From Podarcis cretensis (Eukaryota), in the NCBI GenBank assembly GCA_951804945.1, contig OX638158.1, positions 37,324,001-37,388,000 of the forward strand: 64,000 bases of DNA, read 5' to 3'. Of the stretch, positions 51,977-64,000 are shown piece after piece (positions within the stretch are counted from its first letter, which is position 1; every line of letters starts with the position of its first letter). The position numbers and the translations under genes were made by a program. A model generated the notes under the pieces. The model was not told where the DNA came from and searched no databases. It saw only the letters and a list, made by a program, of their open reading frames with translations.

Positions 51977-52217
51977 CAGTGGCGTAGCGTGGGGGGTGCA
52001 GGGGGGGCCGGCCGCACCGGGCGCAACATCTGGGGGGGGGGCGCGCTCGCACTCGCAGCTCTCTGCCCCTACCTGGCTCACTCTCACACTGCTGTGCAAA
52101 TCCGATCCGAGCTGCCGGGTCGCCGCCCACTGTGGAGGGGGGGTGCCAGGCGTGCGGGTTAGGGGGCGCAAATTACTTGCCTTGCCCTGGGTGCTGACAA
52201 CCCACGCTACACCACTG
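51977..52217. mobile_element. hAT MITE, same family (copy 2)
   Basis: Same TIRs; 8-bp TSD AGTCAAGC. Confidence 0.9.
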
Positions 52218-53719
52218 AGTCAAGCAAAACTAGGATATGGGGACTCCTACCAAAGATCTCACATTAATGTAGCAATCCTGAACTTCACATGGAACACAGC
52301 AGCAGTGGAGTGCAAAAGTGCACATAGCCCTTGGGTTCTCCCAATAAGTGCCTGATAAATTCTGGACATGGTTCCATTATATTTTGAAGTAATACACATA
52401 GTCCAATATGGAATTGTGATGTCACGAGGGTTCAAAAGCCTTTATAGTCAAAATAAGTATCTATACCCTGCAAGTTTTAGCTAAGATTACAAGTGAAGCA
52501 ACATTTATCTGAGTGTACTATCAACAGGCTGCCTTTCCCCCCACCCCAATAGAGTCTGAAGATATGAAGATTAAACATTTACAGATGTATTTCTTTTTTA
52601 AAAAAATCTTGCCTTATCTTAAGTGGTCACCTAAAGAAATACAAGGTTGTCTCCAAATAGTTTTACTCAGAATTGGCCCATTGAAATTAATATTAATAGG
52701 CCTACTCTGAGGGCTAACATTAGATACAGCCCATGGTGTTTAGCATGTATTTCACTTTATTGCTGCATCACTGATGGAATAAGCAGTATAACTAAATACA
52801 GTTTATTAATGCACTATGAACTAGCTCTATTGTAGGTAGCCTATGTGATTAATAGAAATGGAATATTCTGTGTTTGAGTTGTGACACAAGACAAATAGCA
52901 ATCAAACAAAAGGGATGTCTGATTACTCTTACATCCTAACCCACATCCCTACAGAATTAATCAGAGCAAAACTTTCAGAATATGATCTGCTCAGACAGTG
53001 GTCATAAATGGAGGTCCCCATTGAAGTGTGTGCAGGAATGTCCTATGAAGACTGAGTTTACCTCTATCTTTCTGTTTTTACTTTCTATATTGCATTTCCC
53101 CTTATATGATCACATTGCCCTTCTTGGCACTGGAGTAATAATGCCACACCAGCCAAAGACTTCTTTGGAAATCATTCCTATATCTGAGGCTTGTCCAGAA
53201 TGTCTGTTTTGGCTAGCAGGAGCAAGTAGGAATGATGAAAGTAGCAGATAAAAAGGATAACTGGAGGAAAGATCCTAAAACCCAGCTCAAAGCAGTTCCT
53301 TTTGTATCTCCTATTACAGCTCCCTGCATTCTTCTAGGAACCTGGGAAAGTCCCTCTCTGGGCGTGTTTCAGATGCATGCAATGGCAATAACTTTTACAA
53401 ACTGAAGACAAATACTACTGTTTTCAGTGTTCCATGACAGATGTTAGCCTCTCTCTTATGGTTCTTTCCCCCACCCCCATGGATGGTTCTCCCAGGCACA
53501 TTTGTACTGGAGCCAAGACTTATGCTACAAATCTAATTTTGCTGTCATTTCAAAACGAAGCAACCATGCTCTTTTGGCTCTTAGCCAAGCAATTCGTTGC
53601 ATATTTGTGGGCGAGAGAGAGAGAGCGCTAAGCATAAGTGAAGTTGTTGCATTTGTTAAAAGTTCTAATGTGCAGATAGATTAGCTTGCTTCTTCAAGTG
53701 TAGTGGAAACCTAACTTGA

Positions 53720-53721
<2 letters not shown>

Positions 53722-53778
<57 letters not shown>
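53722..53778. repeat. (AT)n microsatellite
   Basis: Direct observation. Confidence 0.98.
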
Positions 53779-53784
<6 letters not shown>

Positions 53785-55817
53785 GGGTTGTCCTGGGTCT
53801 CTGGGTTGTCCTGGTTTGAAATCCTGGTACCCTAACTTTCATTATGTATGTATGACTGCCATGAGGTTGTAGCGTCCAGTCATCTCCTGTCCTGACAGTG
53901 ATGAATGTTCATGTAAATGTTCTCCAGTGACAGAAACTAGATCCCAGGCTGTTTGTCCATACTCCAAGTGATGTAAAATAGAATGTGGTGCGACTTCTGT
54001 ATAATAAACAGTCCATGTTTTGGATATGCAGTAACATCTCGATGGCACCTTTTCTGCCTTTGACCTTGAATTTCTGTCATATGCTATTCTTGAAATTTAT
54101 CCAGGGCCGGGATTCCAAGCAATAATCAATTCAGAATACACACAAAATGTTCATTTTAAGCCTTACGAGTTAACAGAAGCTGCAATCCTAAGCTTGCCTA
54201 CCCCAAAGTAAGTCCTACTGAATTTCGTGGAGTTAACTCCTTGTTAAATGTCATTAGGATTGAATCCACAGGTGCATGTCTTAAGCCATCCTTACAAGAT
54301 TACCTATGCAGTACTTGTTGAATGGCAGCAAAAATGTGGCAGATCATAGAAGGCAATGAGTTTAATTCTAAAAACATGGACTTTCATAGGAAAATGTTTG
54401 TGTCAAAACTGAAGCTGAAGTCTGCTGTCAATTTTAGTTCTCAAGTACAGTTGATTTGATGCACTTCAATCTGAAACATACCACTTGGGAGTCCGGCTCA
54501 TTTTCAAGGACCCATAAATTCTGTGCCAAGTGTTTAGAATAAGTAACAGTTCACTAGACCCCTGCCTGCAAAGTTAAAGTTGCAATGAGAGAGAGAGAAA
54601 ATGAAAGCAGTTTCTTGCAAAGAGAACTATATTTAATATTCTCAGGACAGTTTCTGCTGGTTTAGAATCCATCAAGTAACAGAGATCAACAAATTAATTT
54701 CACACAACCATTTCATTCTTATTGTGAGTTTCACATATGCTTGTCTATTTTTTGTCGCACTTATGTTTACCATAAGTTTCCTTTGCATGTTAAATGTATT
54801 TTTTCCAATTACATTAAAGCTAAGTAACAGTGTATGCTGCAGCCCATTGGCAAGACACATAAATTAAAATGTGTTATGTCTACTCCCAAGCACAACAACA
54901 ACAACAACAACAACAATTTATTTATACCCCACCCATCTGGCTGGGTTTCCAAGCCGTTAGTTTTAATATAATAAATTAGAAATACAGACAATTTACCAAA
55001 CTTCCCTGTTATGTAATTATTCTGCATCATTGTACGAAACAGTTCTGGTCACTTTCATCTGAAAACTACACCATGATGGTAAAACACAGAATTCATTCAA
55101 CGTATCAGGTAGCAGCTTACCACTTTCACAACCAATACCTGATCGGATATGGAATCTGCTTCTGGCTACAGAAGTGATGGTGTGACAAGCCTTAACAAGA
55201 TAGGAATGGACTACAGAAATCCTAGCCTGCAGAAAGGGCATGTAGTAGAAACATCATGGTGCTGAAGCTTGTTCACTCTTTTTTTCCATCCTGGAAAACA
55301 TTAAAGTACTATTCAGCCTTCTTCTTTGTTGAGACCAAATTATGTTTAATGTTTATACTGTAGCATGATTAGGACTGTCCACATCTCTTTCTATTTCTAA
55401 AAAACAAATAAGTCCGTCTCCCCATTTGAAATGGGACTGTGATATGGAGAACAGGGGTGTAACCCTATCCCCTGAGCTGTGTTTGCTTGTCAAAACACCC
55501 TGAGGTGTTATTCCCCCCTACCCCCAAAAAAGTGTTATTGGTAGACTCTATCTCTATGAGATGCCAGCACCTCACAGCATGGCTATCATCACCATGTTAA
55601 GCATTTGTCTTTGCAAGAACAAGATTTTCTGCTTCAAACCTGTTGTTTTTCCAGGGCAAGGTCTTGTAGGAATACATTCCAGAGACAATATGCCTTTAAA
55701 ACAAGACTCTGCCTGTGCTGAGTGGTGTTCAGTTTCCCCTGAGGTGGGTTTTCATTGCAAAGAACTGGATGTTTTGCTTGTAGATTATTCTGATGTTAGA
55801 ATACACAACAATAGTTT

Positions 55818-55819
<2 letters not shown>

Positions 55820-55861
<42 letters not shown>
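55820..55861. repeat. (CA)n microsatellite
   Basis: Direct observation. Confidence 0.98.
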
Positions 55862-55865
<4 letters not shown>

Positions 55866-56278
55866 TCCCTGGTGGTGCCTTTAAACCAAATATACTGCTG
55901 GAACACCCTTCCAGCAGAAAACTGACAGGGTAGAGTCATGGGCAGAGAAACAGCGCAAATGCCACATTAACATCACAGAAACCTTGTTGGATCAGGCCAT
56001 AGGTTTATCTAGTCCAGCAACCTGTTCTCACAGTGGCTGAGCAGATGGCTGTAGGAAGCCCACAAGCGGGATATGTGTGCAACAGCACTCATTCCACACT
56101 CTTACAACCTGTGGCCAAACCACCTCAGCCCTGGCACATTTATTTATTTGATCGTTTTTTAAAATTGAATTTCTCAGTCACTTTATCTTGCCCGGGGCCA
56201 CCCAAAACAACTTAGAACCAAACAGACAATAAACCCCATTCAGATATATTAAAACCAAGAGGAAAGAGAAACACATTA

Positions 56279-56509
56279 CAGTGGTACCTCGGATTACATA
56301 CGCTTCAGGTTACATGCGCTTCAAGTTACACACTCCACTAAGCCAGAAATAGTGCTTCAGGTTAAGAACTTTGCTTCAGGATAAGAACAGAAATCGGGCT
56401 CCGGCAGCGCTACAGCAGCAGGAGGCCCCATTAGCTAAAGGTTAAGAACAGTTTCAGGTTAAGTACGGACCTCCGGAACGAATTAAGTACTTAACCTGAG
56501 GTACCACTG
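56279..56509. mobile_element. Tigger-like MITE
   Basis: TIR CAGTGGTACCTC, TA TSD. Confidence 0.88.
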
Positions 56510-56618
56510 TATTAAAAACACCCCACCCACTTCTAAAAGGTCTCAGTTAAAGGCCAAAGGCCTGGTTATAGAGGAAAGTTTTGGCCTGGCGCCTAAAGGT
56601 AATAATGGCACTCTCAGG

Positions 56619-57052
56619 CGTAGCGTGGGGGGTGCAGGGGGGGCCAGCCGCACCGGGTGCAACATTTTGGGGGGGCGCGCTCGCACTTGCAGCTTTTTGC
56701 CTCTACCTGGCTCACTCACTCTCTCTCACTGCAGTGCTGGCTGTGCGAATCCGATCCGATCTGCCGGGTCGCCGCCCACTGTGGAGGGGGAGGGTGCCAG
56801 GCGTGCGTTGCGTTGCGGAGCGGAGAGAGAGCGAGGGAGGGACTATCTGGGGGAGGGACAGTGCAGCGGCCGCCCAGCGCAGCGCTGAGCGCGGGAGAGA
56901 ACCACACCTGACCAGCCCAGGCAGCAGCAAGAAGAAGCTGGCAGCGGCGGCAGGTTAGGGGTTAGGGGCGCAAATTACTTGCCTTGCCCCGGGTTAGGGG
57001 GCACAAATTACTTGCCTTGCCCCGGGTGCTGACAACCTATGCTACGCCGCTG
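56619..57052. mobile_element. hAT MITE, same family (copy 3, longest; left TIR tip lost)
   Basis: TSD CTCTCAGG at 56611-56618 and 57053-57060; internal sequence shared with copies 1 and 2. Confidence 0.85.
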
Positions 57053-58654
57053 CTCTCAGGTGGACTCCCTTGATAGGAAATGGAGAAGGGATGCTTTGTG
57101 CTACAGACAAGCACTTTGCAAAACGTTTGCAAAACCAATGTGCGGTATGTGGTTAGCATGTCTGACCTGAGCATGAAAGGCCAGGGTTCAAATCCTCATT
57201 CTGCCACAAAGCTCACTGGGTGACTCTCAGCACAACCTACTTCATAAGGTCATGGTGAGGAGAACATAAGGAGAGAACCACACATGCTATTGCTATACCA
57301 GCCTCCTTGAGGGAAAGGTGGGATATACATGTATTAAGAAACAAATTCATAAATATAAAATGGTTCTTCTGAGGAGACACAGGAACTTGAGCATGGGCCA
57401 AGACTTTCTCCTCCCAGAACCTTAGCACGAACCTTGCCTCAAGCACAGGCACCCATCAGCAACCTCCATTCCCAATAACTGGGATGCCTGAATTGAGTAT
57501 GTATATATTGCCTGAAGATAACATGAGTAAGTACCTTGCTGTAACCTGGCTTTGGTCAATTTCTGGATGTGAGGCCACCTGGGAATACCATGTGTGTCAC
57601 CTTGAGTTTTGTGGTTGAAGACACGATAGAAACGTAATAAATGATCAATAATTAAAAGTAACCAGCATTACCAATGAAATAAATAACATTCAGTCCATTA
57701 TATGCTCCTCAGTATGTGCCAGCTTACACTTAGCATCTAATTGTGGTTTCTAGTTCAATCCTGCATGGGTCTACTCAAATATCGTCCCAGGGTTGTGAGT
57801 GTAGGATTGCAGTGTATGTATTTATATAAATAAAATTGGAGCCCCTAAAGTCACATTTGCAGAATGAGAATTACCTGTTCCCTGTTATCATCGCAGGAAA
57901 GGCTAGAGTACAAGCTACAGAGACGACAATGTTTCCTAAGCTGCTTTCTCCTACTGTTCTCACAGTTGTTGAGTAAGCGGTGGCTTGATTTCACGACTGC
58001 TTATCTGGCAGGGACAAAATTTGCACTCCATGCACTCTGCCCTTTGAGCAGATCCTGTTGCAATGCTGAGTATGTCGAAGCCCGTGATAGTAGAATGGAG
58101 ATTATTTGGACCAAACTCCCATCTCAATTATACCAGACCACCTCACTGAACTCAAAGGATTGCAGCTGAAACAAGAGTGGTTAGCTGCATATTTCTTTGG
58201 GGGACCAGCTTGGACCAGCAAACATGGGTGAAGGACAGAGAATCATCATGTTCTCACATAGCAAGTTAATTGCATGAAAGCAACTAATGTATTGAAATGC
58301 AAAAATCAGGGGTGCTGTCACATGTTAATCAATTTCACTCACTTAATGTAACAAGTGGTTTAAACCCCAATTGAAATAATAGTAATAGTAATAATTATAA
58401 TTATAATTATAATTATAATTATAATTTATATCCCGCCCATCTGGCTGGGTTCCCCCAGCACACTCATTCTGCTGTGAAAACAAGGGCACCAGAATGCAGA
58501 AGATATGTGTTCAAATAATCTCTGCTATACTTTGGAATGTGTTTCTAGCTCTGTTCAGATGTTTGCCAAGAATGCACAGAGGGAGGCCACACAAGCTAGC
58601 TTCACCCCCAGTGCCCTGTTCCTGTCAGCTGCAGCCTCAGACTCTAATGATGAA

Positions 58655-58840
58655 GAGCCATAGCTTAGTGGGATAGTATCTGCTTAGTATGCAGAAGGTC
58701 CCAAGTTCAATGTTCAGCATCTCCAAGTAGGGCTGGGACTGGCCCCTGTCTGAAATGCTAGGGAGCTGCTGCCAGTCAGTGTCGACAATACTGAGTTAGA
58801 GGGACTGATGGATTGACTCACTATAAGGCAGCTTCCTTAA
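58655..58840 (+). mobile_element. tRNA-head SINE (same family as 13040-13325)
   Basis: tRNA-like head and the shared 3' tail. Confidence 0.65.
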
Positions 58841-58933
58841 TATGTGTTTCACATCACTTGCTACCTGAGTTCCATTGTCTGAAGATGCCAAGGATGGAAC
58901 CACAGACCCACTGCAAGTTAAGTGCATGAAATA

Positions 58934-59176
58934 CAGTGGTACCTCAGGTTACATACGCTTCAGGTTACAGACGCTTCAGGTTACAGACATCACTAACCCA
59001 GAAATAGTATCTTGGGTTAAGAACTTTGCTTCAGGATGAGAACAGAAATTGTGCTCCGGCAGCGCGGTGGCAGCACAAGGCCCTCATTAGCTAAAGTAGT
59101 GCTTCAGGTTAAGAACAGTTTCAGGTTAAGAACGGACCTCCGGAATGAATTAAGTTCTTAACCAGAGGTACCACTG
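58934..59176. mobile_element. Tigger-like MITE (same family)
   Basis: TIR CAGTGGTACCTC, TA TSD. Confidence 0.88.
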
Positions 59177-60231
59177 TACTCCTCAATCAGAAATGAGGCC
59201 AGAAGAGGTCTATGGCACACACCCAGAGGGGAATAGCTAGGGATGGGAGGCTGCCCCTGCTGCCCCACTCTCCTTCTGCTACCGGAGGTGGATTTAGGGC
59301 AGCACGGGGGGGGAGGGGGAGGCCCAAGGGACAAAGGGTCACCTTCCCACCTACTTCCCAAAGCCTAGTTAGCACTTGCCCACCTTTGGGAAGGAGGTAG
59401 GAGGGCTCTAGGATTCTGCCAGAGCCTTGCACCTCCGTCCCAAAGCCTGATGCCCCCCATTCCTGCCTTTGGGGAGGTGGCATGTCTGCCCCTGCTGCTG
59501 CCTAAGGCAATTGCCTCACTCTGCCTAATGGTAGGGTCAGCCATGCCATCTGGAAAGCACCTTAGGTCAGAGATAAAGGCCACAGCAGTGACTGTTGGGA
59601 AATTTTGTCTCAAGGCTCCGCAGTCTCAATATCTTGAGTGGAAAGCAAATTGACAACTTAAAGGACAGAGTATTAAACCCGCATACACAGAAGGTCACTC
59701 AAGTGTGTTTAAAAAACTGCTTGCAAAAGGCCTTTCCCCCTCTCAGGTGAAAACTGAAGCCTGGCCAGCAGAAATTGTACCATTTCCAAAGGCAGTTACC
59801 CGATTACTGTGAGAATGAGGATTTCTGGATCAGTTGACGCTTCCTTTTTCTACTGAGGTGCATGCAATTAAAGCTTGTTTTGTATCGCTGTAAGTGAAAC
59901 CAGATATTAGTGAAATAATCCACTGTAGAGCTTTAAAGAGAACATAAACTAGAAGCTTGCTGAACAGTACATCTTTAATTGCTTTGGCCTGATTCTTACC
60001 TTGTAGGTTCCCCCCTTATTTGTTTGTTTGTTTGTAAAGCTACAGCATTTCCACACAGATGGCTTTCAGTCAGAAAGTTTCTCCTAAATCTGAGAAATGG
60101 CTTCTAAAAATGCATCATCATTCTGCTGTCCAGGTATGTGTTGGGGAGAGGTGAACTTATCTGTGTGGCTCTTCAGGTGGGAGCCTTAGATCATTGAAAC
60201 GACGGTACTTGATTAGTTATTGTGGGGAAGA

Positions 60232-60270
60232 GAAGGAAGGAAGGAAGGAAGGAAGGAAGGAAGGAAGGAA
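60232..60270. repeat. (GGAA)n microsatellite
   Basis: Direct observation. Confidence 0.97.
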
Positions 60271-60631
60271 GACGTGATGGAGTGGCATTTTAGATGACTA
60301 TATCTTGGTGTATAACTTCCAGAAGAAGTCTGATGCTCTTTTGTAAGCATTAAACATACAGATGATAAGGGATGATAGTAAAGATTTACAGTGAAAAACG
60401 CCAGCAATCAATAATGTTGCAATTAACTTTTTTGGCGAGGTTCTGTACAGGCCAAATTAGAATTTCCTTCTCAGGTGCAAAAGCTGGATTTAAGGGGTGC
60501 TTCGCAACAAGGGGTACTCTTGCATTTGTGGTAGGAAAAGATGCAGACTTTCAATAGGAAGTCATGGGACATGTACCAATTGGCAACAAAGTAGGATGTC
60601 CACTCTGAAACTTTTGCAGGTGCAAACAGTA

Positions 60632-60879
60632 CAGTGGGTTATACCTCGGGTTACAAATGCTTCGGGTTACAAACACTTTGGGTTACAAACTCCGCTAACC
60701 CAGAAGTAGTACCTCGGGTTGCGAACTTTGCCCCAGGATGAGAATGGAAATTGCGCACCGCCGCCAGCGCAGTGGCAGTAGGAAACCCCATTAGCAAAAG
60801 CGTGCCTCAGGTTAAGAACGGTTTTGGGTTAAGAACGGACCTCAGGAACGAATTAAGTTCGTAACCCGAGGTACCACTG
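60632..60879. mobile_element. Tigger-like MITE (same family)
   Basis: TIR with a small insertion at left, TA TSD. Confidence 0.85.
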
Positions 60880-61261
60880 TATTGAAGTTGGAATCAATAA
60901 CTTTCCCAATGCCATGTCTTGGGGAAATGACCTCACAGACCAAACTGAACCAATCACAAGCCAAGATTGGCCTGTGAGACAGTGGTTTCCTACTACTGAT
61001 CTATATGAACAAGGTACTACTACATATTTGCATTTTATACTGTACTTATATGGGTGATTTCAGTGCTTAAATTGAAAACAACTTGTTATTACTCCTTTAA
61101 ACTGCAATTTTCTTCCTGTCCCTCTGGCTGTCTTTCTCTATCAGAGTTGACAGGGAGAAAACCAGTTCAAATGAGCTGAACAAATCAGGATGAGGTGGAA
61201 GAGCGCAGTCTGGAACAATGGAGAAAGTAGACCTCCTCTGTTCCTGGTTTATAGACCTTTC

Positions 61262-61395
61262 CAGGACTTTTTTTCAGCTGGAACTCACCGGCACTCAGTT
61301 CCGGCACCTCTCAGGGGTGCTATTGCTGTTCTAAGAGAATGAGGAAGGTGTTTATGGTGAGTTCTGACACCTCTTTTTCTAGAAAAATAGCACTG
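61262..61395. mobile_element. Short hAT MITE
   Basis: CAG...CTG imperfect TIRs; 8-bp TSD GACCTTTC. Confidence 0.8.
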
Positions 61396-61398
61396 GAC

Positions 61399-61465
<67 letters not shown>

Positions 61466-61466
61466 T
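61399..61466. repeat. (CTTT)n microsatellite
   Basis: Direct observation. Confidence 0.98.
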
Positions 61467-61549
61467 TCACTCTAATGAAATGCATCGGGGAAGAAAAGAA
61501 GGGGAAGAGAAGGAGTGGGAATTGTCCCAAGCTTTAGGGAGAGGTAGGA

Positions 61550-61913
61550 GGGACGCAGGTGGCGCTGTGGGTTAAAGCCTCAGCGCCTAGGACTTGCCGA
61601 TCGAAAGGTCGGCGGTTCGAATCCCTGCGGCGGGGTGCGCTCCCGCTGCTCGGTCCCAGCGCCTGCCAACCTAGCAGTTCGAAAGCACCTCCGGGTGCAA
61701 GTAGATAAATAGGGACCGCTTACCAGCGGGAAGGTAAACGGCGTTTCCATGTGCGGCTCTGGCTCGCCAGAGCAGCGATGTCACGCTGGCTACGTGACCC
61801 GGAAGTGTCTCCGGACAGCGCTGGCCCCTGGCCTCTTAAGTGAGATGGGCGCACAACCCCAGAGTCTGTCAAGACTGGCCCGTACGGGCAGGGGTACCTT
61901 TACCTTTACCTTT
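61550..61913 (+). mobile_element. Sauria SINE, second subfamily
   Basis: Near-identical to the reverse complement of 47414-47776. Confidence 0.92.
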
Positions 61914-62200
61914 ATGGTGCACAGAACACAGCAGGAAGTCTGCACACAAAGAAGCCAATGTGTGCAAAGTCCATTGCAATTCTGTTTGTAGCTTACAACA
62001 CAAAAGCAGAGAAGATTTTGGAGCACAAGGAGCCAATAAAAATACAATTCAAAGCAGTATAACTATTTAATGTGATGAATATGCTGCCTCCCATTTTCAA
62101 CCCCAAATCTGCAGAAACGCTGCAGACCACCTGAATGAAGCTCAAGGGCCATTAGTAGGCTGTGGACCAGTTTGGGAAACCCAGACCTAGGCTTCTTATG

Positions 62201-62304
62201 GAATCATAGAGTTGGAATCTTGACCATAGCCATCGCTGGGTGGGCTTGAACCACCAACCTTCTGGTTAAGAGCTAGACTCACTAACCCACTGCACCACTG
62301 GAGA
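62201..62304 (-). mobile_element. tRNA-Asn-derived head joined to a CR1-like tail (short SINE remnant)
   Basis: TTAACCAGAAGGTTGGTGGTTCAAGCCCACCCAG resembles the tRNA-Asn 3' half; followed by TTCCAACTCTATGATTC. Confidence 0.7.
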
Positions 62305-63140
62305 ACATCTTACGTGATACAGTTTGTCTCATGGCTTTTAAGAACTGTTGAGAAAGAAAAGGGAAGGTGTATATTTAAATATGTATGTCATGGATATACA
62401 AGTCCATATTCACATACAGTTTAGTAGTTCCTAATTGACAAAGATATATGCTGTGTCTCAAGATGCCAGAGGCTCCTGTTTCATTTGTATCACAAGTTAC
62501 ATTGATCTCTGCTTTAACAGTTTTCCTCCTTTCATCTTCTCCAGTTTACCACAGCCCGTGCAAAACTGATTGCAATCTCTTTTCAGAGTTATCTTGCTGC
62601 AGGCTGTTTGGATCTAACTGCACGCTTCTTCGTTGTTCTTTTGTGGCTTTCTTATTTGAGTCACTTTGCTAAAATGGAGACAGCATGTTCTGTGCTCTTA
62701 TATAGCTTTGTTCCATCAAGAAGGAATAGGCCAAATGATGATGATGAACATTTTATATTTATCTGTATTTGTAAATAGGTCACCTTGTGTAAGAAACCTA
62801 CTATTTTTAAAACTGACTTTATGTATTATTTTGCCCTCTTGGTGCCAAGTGAGGAAGAGGTAAGACAGAGTGCAATGTCTTCTGATTGGTTCTTTGCCAG
62901 GACACTGCTCCTCAAGAGAATGCAGCAGCTCATCTGCTGCTGCTTCTTCTTTTTATAAAAGAGTAACTCCCAACCTATTTGAAATGTTGCTACAGACATT
63001 TTTGGTCCTGCTTTGGCAGAGTCAGAAAGGACATGTAGAGCAAAATTTCCTTTGCTAGCTGGCAGGAGAACTGGGCATACCCAGAAAACTATGAGGGATT
63101 TGCAGTTTCAAGTTCCAATTTTAATAGCTGCTATCCCCAA

Positions 63141-63994
63141 CAGGGCTGGATTTAGGTTTGATGAGGCCCTAAGGTACTGAAGGTAATGGGGCCCTTTATA
63201 TGTCCAGCTGTCCTTTGTCAACAACAAATTGTCGCTGTTTTTTGTGTTGAATATGTGCTAGCTGGTAATTTATGGGCCTAATAGGTATCTAAAGCCATTT
63301 GCAAATAACAAAATATGTATTTTATCAAAGTACCAGTAATTGTTGAACTGAAATACAATTAAGAAGAAGCATATTAATAGTGAAATACAATTAAGAAGAA
63401 GTATAAAGGTAAATGGACCCCTGACCAGTTGCGGATGACTCTGGGGTTGCGGCACTCATCTTGCTTTACTGGCCGAGGGAGCCGGTGTACAGCTTCCGGG
63501 TCATGTGGCCAGCATGACTAAGTCGCTTTCTGGTGAAACCAGAGCAGCACGCGGAAACACTGTTTGCCTTCCCACCGAAGTGGTTCCTATTTATCTACTT
63601 GCACTTTGACGTGCTTTTGAACTGCTAGGTTGGCAGGAGCAACGAGACCTCACCCCGTCACGGGGATTCAAACCGCCCACCTTCTGGTCAGCAAGCCCTA
63701 GGCTCTGTGGTTTAGACTACAGTGCCACCCGCGTCCCTTGTAAGAATTATATTAATAGTGAAATAATTATTAAGCTCTAACTTAAAATCATTTTTTTATT
63801 CATAACAAACTTCATAATGCAAACACATTGGCAACAAAACACTGTTGCTGTATATAGGTTTTATTTTATTTGTTTTTTATCTTATATTTTGCAAATGTAC
63901 ATCTAATTTTTTTCCTTTAATTTTTTTTGGGCCCCCCCATGAGAGTTGGGCCCTAAAATATAGCTTGTTTAGTTTATACATAAATCCAGCACTG
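63141..63994. mobile_element. hAT-type element with a nested SINE
   Basis: TIR CAGGGCTGGATTTA / TAAATCCAGCACTG; TSD ATCCCC(AA), cut by the window end. Confidence 0.85.
63404..63737 (-). mobile_element. Sauria SINE nested in the hAT element
   Basis: Reverse complement of the SINE consensus. Confidence 0.9.
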
Positions 63995-64000
63995 ATCCCC

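Noticed and set aside
62230-62304. Functional tRNA gene (also the SINE heads)
   Set aside because: Stems and anticodon arm are disrupted, and it is fused to a retroelement tail.

Overview
Vertebrate genomic DNA, most likely a lacertid lizard (inferred from Sauria/Squam1- and Squam3-type SINEs). It spans the MRPL42 (-) / UBE2N (+) / NUDT4 (-) cluster. All coding exons were reconstructed from splice sites: MRPL42 147 aa, UBE2N 152 aa, NUDT4 180/181 aa. Each gene has its own CpG-island promoter, and the MRPL42 and UBE2N promoters each carry a ZNF143/SBS-type motif. The rest is dense with SINEs, L2/CR1 fragments, and hAT and Tc1/mariner-type MITEs with readable TSDs, several of them nested. Most notable: a hAT MITE family carrying telomeric TTAGGG units, a palindromic hAT MITE carrying two copies of the promoter ZNF143 motif, an AAG-CAG tandem acceptor plus a GC donor around NUDT4 exon 4, and an inverted transposon pair in UBE2N intron 1. 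I found no convincing new protein-coding system. There is a 129-N gap at 29156-29284.
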